Source: an uncultured Clostridia bacterium (GTDB taxonomy: Bacteria > Bacillota_I > Bacilli_A > RF39 > UBA660). From it: DNA of 52,738 nt. Made by a program: the position numbers and the translations under genes. How positions within the stretch are numbered: the first letter of the stretch is position 1; every line of letters begins with the position of its first letter. Shown piece by piece: positions 48,754-52,738 of the stretch. The notes below the pieces were generated by a model. The model searched no databases. It was not told the DNA's origin and worked only from the letters and a program-made list of their open reading frames with translations. The DNA lies in assembly GCA_946619755.1 (NCBI GenBank), contig CAMOMI010000003.1:1-52738 (forward strand), given 5' to 3'.

Positions 48754-49770
48754 CTAATAGGACTTTGCTCTTAGTTGTCCACAAGCAGCATCAACATTGC
48801 CACCAAATTCACGTCTGATGGTTACAGCAATGTTACTTTTCTTAAGTATATCATAAAAAGCCAAAATTTGCACCTTTTTTGAGCGTTTAAACTGAATATT
48901 TTCGGTTTCGTTATATGGAATTAAATTAACATAACAGTTTATACCTTTTAAAAGAGTAGCTAGTTCCTTGGCACATTCTAGTGAATCATTAATTCCATCT
49001 AACATAATATATTCAAATGTAACTCGACGATTAGTTTTTTTAATATATAATTTTATGGTATCCATTAATTCATCTAATTTATAGGCTTTACTAATTGGCA
49101 TTATTTGATTTCTTATTTTATCATTTGGAGCATGTAATGAAATAGCTAAATTTACTTGATTAAAGTCATTCATAAACTTAATAATTCCAGGAACAACGCC
49201 ACAAGTAGAAACTGTTATATGTCTAGAACCTAAATCAATTCCTTTATTTGAAGTGATAATTCTAATAAAATCCATTACATTATCATAATTATCAAATGGT
49301 TCACCAATACCCATAACGACAACATGAGTAATACGTAGTTTTAAGTCTTCTTCAATTAATAATAATTGTTCAACAATTTCATTAGCTTCTAGATTTCTGA
49401 CTTTTTTAAGACGTCCACTTTCACAAAAAGCGCATCCCATATTGCAACCAACTTGACTAGATACACACAAACTAATACCATAATTATGATACATTAGAAC
49501 TGATTCAATACGATTACCATCTTTTAATTCAAATAAGTATTTTTTAACGTCAGTATCTTCTTGCTTTTTTAATATTTTAATGAAAGAAAAATCAAATTCT
49601 TCTTTTAATTTTTCTTTGGTAGTATTTGGAATATTGTTCATTATATCTAAATTATAAACTCTTTTTTTATAAAGAAAATCATATAATTGAGTAGCTCTAA
49701 ATTTTTTATCTCCAATACTTAAAAAATAAGTTTCTAATTTTTCGTAAGGTACACTAAAAATACTTTTCAT
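48754..49770 (-). CDS. rlmN: Dual-specificity RNA methyltransferase RlmN (radical SAM)
   Basis: CVSSQVGC.MGC.FC, MGIGEP, ISLHA, AACGQL. Confidence 0.97.
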   Translation of the reverse strand: MKSIFSVPYEKLETYFLSIGDKKFRATQLYDFLYKKRVYNLDIMNNIPNTTKEKLKEEFDFSFIKILKKQEDTDVKKYLFELKDGNRIESVLMYHNYGISLCVSSQVGCNMGCAFCESGRLKKVRNLEANEIVEQLLLIEEDLKLRITHVVVMGIGEPFDNYDNVMDFIRIITSNKGIDLGSRHITVSTCGVVPGIIKFMNDFNQVNLAISLHAPNDKIRNQIMPISKAYKLDELMDTIKLYIKKTNRRVTFEYIMLDGINDSLECAKELATLLKGINCYVNLIPYNETENIQFKRSKKVQILAFYDILKKSNIAVTIRREFGGNVDAACGQLRAKSY

Positions 49771-49886
49771 AAAATCACCATAATTTCTATTTATTATTAT
49801 ATCAAAAATAAGGAATAATTTAAATAGTTATATATTTACAAAATAATAATTAGTTGTTAAAATTATTAATGGATGGTGATATATTT

Positions 49887-50423
49887 ATGGATAAAGATAA
49901 TCTTAGAGTAATCCCAAAGAAAAATTATGTTATTTTAGGAATTGTATTTTTGGTTAGCATTTTACTTTTATATTATTTTTATTTATGGGTAGATGCTTAT
50001 AATGAAACTAAATTAAATAAACCAATTATGAATAAATATTTAGAAGTTATTAATTATAATGAATTAGAAAATTATTTAATTGAAAGTCCTGATGCTATTA
50101 TATATGTTTCAGTATTAGAAGATAAAAGAATCAGAGAGTTTGAAAAGAGTTTTAAAATAGTTTTTAGAAAGCATGAAATTGATAATAATATTTTATATCT
50201 AAATATAACTGATGAACTTAAAGATAAAAAGAAAATAAAAGAAATGCAAAGTAAGTATTATATTGGTAATAAAACAATTTGTGATGTACCAAGTATTTTG
50301 GTGTTTGATAATAGTAAATTAAGGACTATTTACAATATATCAGAAAATGATTATGATGTTGATAGAGTAAAAGAATTTTTAGATAATATTACTTTTAGTA
50401 GTGAGGATGAAATTAATGGTTAA
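49887..50423 (+). CDS. Membrane-anchored hypothetical protein, possibly thioredoxin-like fold without CxxC
   Basis: N-terminal TM; I.Y.EL....IIY, ILYLN, VPSILVF.N pattern. Confidence 0.6.
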   Translation: MDKDNLRVIPKKNYVILGIVFLVSILLLYYFYLWVDAYNETKLNKPIMNKYLEVINYNELENYLIESPDAIIYVSVLEDKRIREFEKSFKIVFRKHEIDNNILYLNITDELKDKKKIKEMQSKYYIGNKTICDVPSILVFDNSKLRTIYNISENDYDVDRVKEFLDNITFSSEDEING

Positions 50424-50925
50424 TATTGTTTTATTTGAACCAGAAATACCTGAGAATACTGGTAATATAATGCGTACTTGTGCTGCTACGAATGCAAAAT
50501 TACATTTAATAAGACCACTTGGTTTTGCTTTGTCTGGAAGTGTCATTAAACGAAGTGGTGTTAATTATATTGATAAAGTTGATTATACTTTATATGATGA
50601 TTTTGATGATTTTTTAGTTAAAAATCCTGGTGAATATTATTTTTTTACAAGATATGGAAAGAAAGCACATAGTGAATTTGACTTTAGTGATAAAAGTAAA
50701 AATATTTATTTAATATTTGGAAAAGAAAGTACAGGAATACCTAAAGAAATACTTAGAAATTATTTAGATAGATGTACGAGGATTCCATGTAGTGATAATG
50801 TAAGATGCTTAAATGTTGCTAATAGTGTAGCAATAGCACTATATGAAGTAATGAGGCAACAAGATTATCCAGATTTAATGCGACATGAACCTTTTAAGGG
50901 AGAAGATTGGTTACTTATGGACTAA
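50416..50925 (+). CDS. trmL: tRNA (cytidine/uridine34-2'-O)-methyltransferase TrmL
   Basis: IVLFEPEIP.NTGNI.RTC, LHLI.PLGF, FGKESTG.P, R.LNVANS. Confidence 0.95.
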   Translation: MVNIVLFEPEIPENTGNIMRTCAATNAKLHLIRPLGFALSGSVIKRSGVNYIDKVDYTLYDDFDDFLVKNPGEYYFFTRYGKKAHSEFDFSDKSKNIYLIFGKESTGIPKEILRNYLDRCTRIPCSDNVRCLNVANSVAIALYEVMRQQDYPDLMRHEPFKGEDWLLMD

Positions 50926-50934
50926 TCTTTTTTT
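50901..50934 (+). terminator. Terminator overlapping the trmL stop
   Basis: AAGATTGGTT / GACTAATCTT plus T run. Confidence 0.6.
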
Positions 50935-50990
50935 CTTGATAAAAATCTTTTTTTGTGGTAGAGTATTTTGTCAAGAAATGAAGTGATTTT

Positions 50991-52577
50991 ATGATGATAG
51001 ATGAAGCCATTAAGTATCATGCATTATATCAAGAAGTTGAACTTGCAATAAGTAATATTCATAATTTAGGATTTGATACGACGGTATTTCAGGCAAGGCT
51101 CAAAGAAATACATAATGATGTATCATTAAATGTAAAAGTTAAGTATGTTAAGGGAATGGTTGAAGCAAGTTATATTCAATCTTATTCAAATGGAATATTT
51201 GCTTTGAATAAATTGAAAAATATGTTAGATAATTATGATGTCTATGTTAGAGCTCAAAATACTTGTAATTATATCAATATGAAATTAAAAAAGGATATGA
51301 CAAGTTATGAACTTAGTAAATGTGTTAGTCAAATGATTTATACGATGCAAAATATTATAAAGTCAAATACGATTGATTATGATGATGAAAAACATATTAT
51401 TGAAAAAATATATGAAACTGCTTATAGCATAATTAAATTAGAAATAATTTTGAATGGTGAAAGTCAATTATATTTATTTGCTAAAAAAGAAAATATTAAT
51501 ATTTCATATTTTAATAATTTAGTGATGAAGGATATTGAAAGAATAAAAGTAAATGATAACCATTTAATTAAGACAAAACTTTATGAACTTGGAGGAAAGG
51601 GAATATATAGCAATTATTTTGATTTAGAATTAATTAAACTTATAATTCTTAGTGATAAAAATGTTAATTTGAAGAATGTTATTATTAATAAAATTAGAAT
51701 ATTATGTAATGAAATTATTGAATCTGATAAGTTAATTAGAGATAATTATCATTTAATCGATAGTAAAGAAGATAAAAGAAAAATTGCTTTAGTTGATTTA
51801 AAACGAATAAAAAAAGAATATAAGAAAAGATTAACTTCATTAGTCTTATCAGCTTCAATAATTACTTCTGGTTTTGTAGGAATCCCATTTATAAGTAAAA
51901 GATTATCAAAAAATTATGAATATAATTTTACAAATCATACTTATTCATCTGTAAGTGATTATTATGGACAAGAAGAAGAAGAAAGCATTTTGTTTTTTGG
52001 AAAAGGTACCAAGGCTGATCATTATACTTTCGTTTATTTAGATACATATAGTAAGAAAAATGATGACTTTAAAGCAAGACAAGATATTGGATATTTAGAA
52101 TTTGAAGATATTTATGGTTATGTTAATTATGTAAAGGAACACTATAATGAGTTTATAAATGATGATAATATGTATTATAAAATTGAATTGAAGAATTATC
52201 AGAAGGTAAATACTGATTCTTTTCCTTGGGCTTTAACATTTCTTCTTTACGTAGGTTATTTGATGCTATTAATGTTTTACTGTAGTATAACTTTATTAGA
52301 GCCATTTGAGATAAATAAAATTAAGGATTTAAAAAATAAACTCGATGAGGAAACTGTTAATTTAAACGAAATACAAGCTATTATAAATGAATGTTTAGAA
52401 AAGATGATGGCTGACATTAATAAAAACGATGAATTAAGAGAAAAATTTATGAAACTATTTAATGATAATTTATTTTTGTTAGATGATACGAATGAATTAT
52501 TAAGAAGAGTTAGGGAATCATATAATACAAATAATATGGAACAAGTAAAAAAATATGTAAGAGAGAAGAAAATGTAA
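50991..52577 (+). CDS. Hypothetical two-TM protein with helical cytoplasmic domains
   Basis: 528-aa ORF; TM LVLSASIITSGFVGIPFI and FPWALTFLLYVGYLMLLMF; TTGATA-N17-TAGAGT promoter. Confidence 0.8.
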   Translation: MMIDEAIKYHALYQEVELAISNIHNLGFDTTVFQARLKEIHNDVSLNVKVKYVKGMVEASYIQSYSNGIFALNKLKNMLDNYDVYVRAQNTCNYINMKLKKDMTSYELSKCVSQMIYTMQNIIKSNTIDYDDEKHIIEKIYETAYSIIKLEIILNGESQLYLFAKKENINISYFNNLVMKDIERIKVNDNHLIKTKLYELGGKGIYSNYFDLELIKLIILSDKNVNLKNVIINKIRILCNEIIESDKLIRDNYHLIDSKEDKRKIALVDLKRIKKEYKKRLTSLVLSASIITSGFVGIPFISKRLSKNYEYNFTNHTYSSVSDYYGQEEEESILFFGKGTKADHYTFVYLDTYSKKNDDFKARQDIGYLEFEDIYGYVNYVKEHYNEFINDDNMYYKIELKNYQKVNTDSFPWALTFLLYVGYLMLLMFYCSITLLEPFEINKIKDLKNKLDEETVNLNEIQAIINECLEKMMADINKNDELREKFMKLFNDNLFLLDDTNELLRRVRESYNTNNMEQVKKYVREKKM

Positions 52578-52656
52578 GCGAATCTTCTCTTTTAAAATGT
52601 TTGCATTCATAGAAATAGTTTGTTATAATTAAGATAGATTGATACGGAGGATAAAT

Positions 52657-52738
52657 ATGGACTATAAGTTAGGAAGTATTGTGATTATGAAAAAAGAGCA
52701 TCCTTGCAAAACTAATCGTTTTGAAATAGTTAGAGTAG
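52657..52738 (+). CDS. DUF951 family protein (partial, runs off the window)
   Basis: MDYKLGSIVIMKKEHPCKTNRFEIVRV matches the MKK.HPC..N...I.R pattern; GGAGG SD; TTGCAT-N17-TATAAT promoter at 52601-52629. Confidence 0.8.
   Translation, partial: MDYKLGSIVIMKKEHPCKTNRFEIVRV

Noticed and set aside
1-52738. CRISPR array, tRNA/rRNA genes, transposases, prophage genes, stop-codon reassignment
   Set aside because: No repeat-spacer arrays or RNA-gene signatures seen in the short intergenic regions; conserved genes are intact under code 11 and TGA serves as a stop (e.g. 9658-9660)

Overview
A very AT-rich (low-GC) chromosomal segment from a Bacillota/Bacilli genome, genetic code 11. It looks like a stripped-down version of the Bacillus subtilis origin-proximal gene order; by inference the source is a reduced lineage such as RF39-like gut Bacilli. 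Gene order: ybaB-recR-bofA-holB-ricT-trmN6-rsmI-pth-mfd-spoVT, DUF975, T-box/metG, tatD, a SleB-type hydrolase, rsmA, arcC, yabG-veg, spoVG, yabP-yabQ-divIC, inverted tilS-ftsH, a small RelB-led operon, soj-spo0J, csp, a HAD phosphatase, secE-nusG, rplK-rplA-rplJ-rplL (with L1 and L10 leaders), gpmA, yunG-thyA-folA, rpoB-rpoC, two orphan membrane/coiled-coil proteins, a minus-strand rlmN-prpC-prkC-rsgA-rpe, clpC, queH block, trmL and a partial DUF951 gene. I see no rRNA, tRNA, CRISPR array or transposase. Best leads: (1) a relB-like gene followed by an unannotated 50-codon amphipathic peptide that is translationally coupled to an unknown 144-aa protein; (2) a SleB/Hydrolase_2 protein in the tatD-rsmA slot normally held by YabE/RpfB resuscitation factors; (3) a Met T-box whose OFF hairpin pairs with the Shine-Dalgarno; (4) readable sporulation sigma-factor promoters, including sigE-like sites at yabG and at a divergent stand-alone clpC. 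All family calls come from motif recognition by eye, not from database searches.
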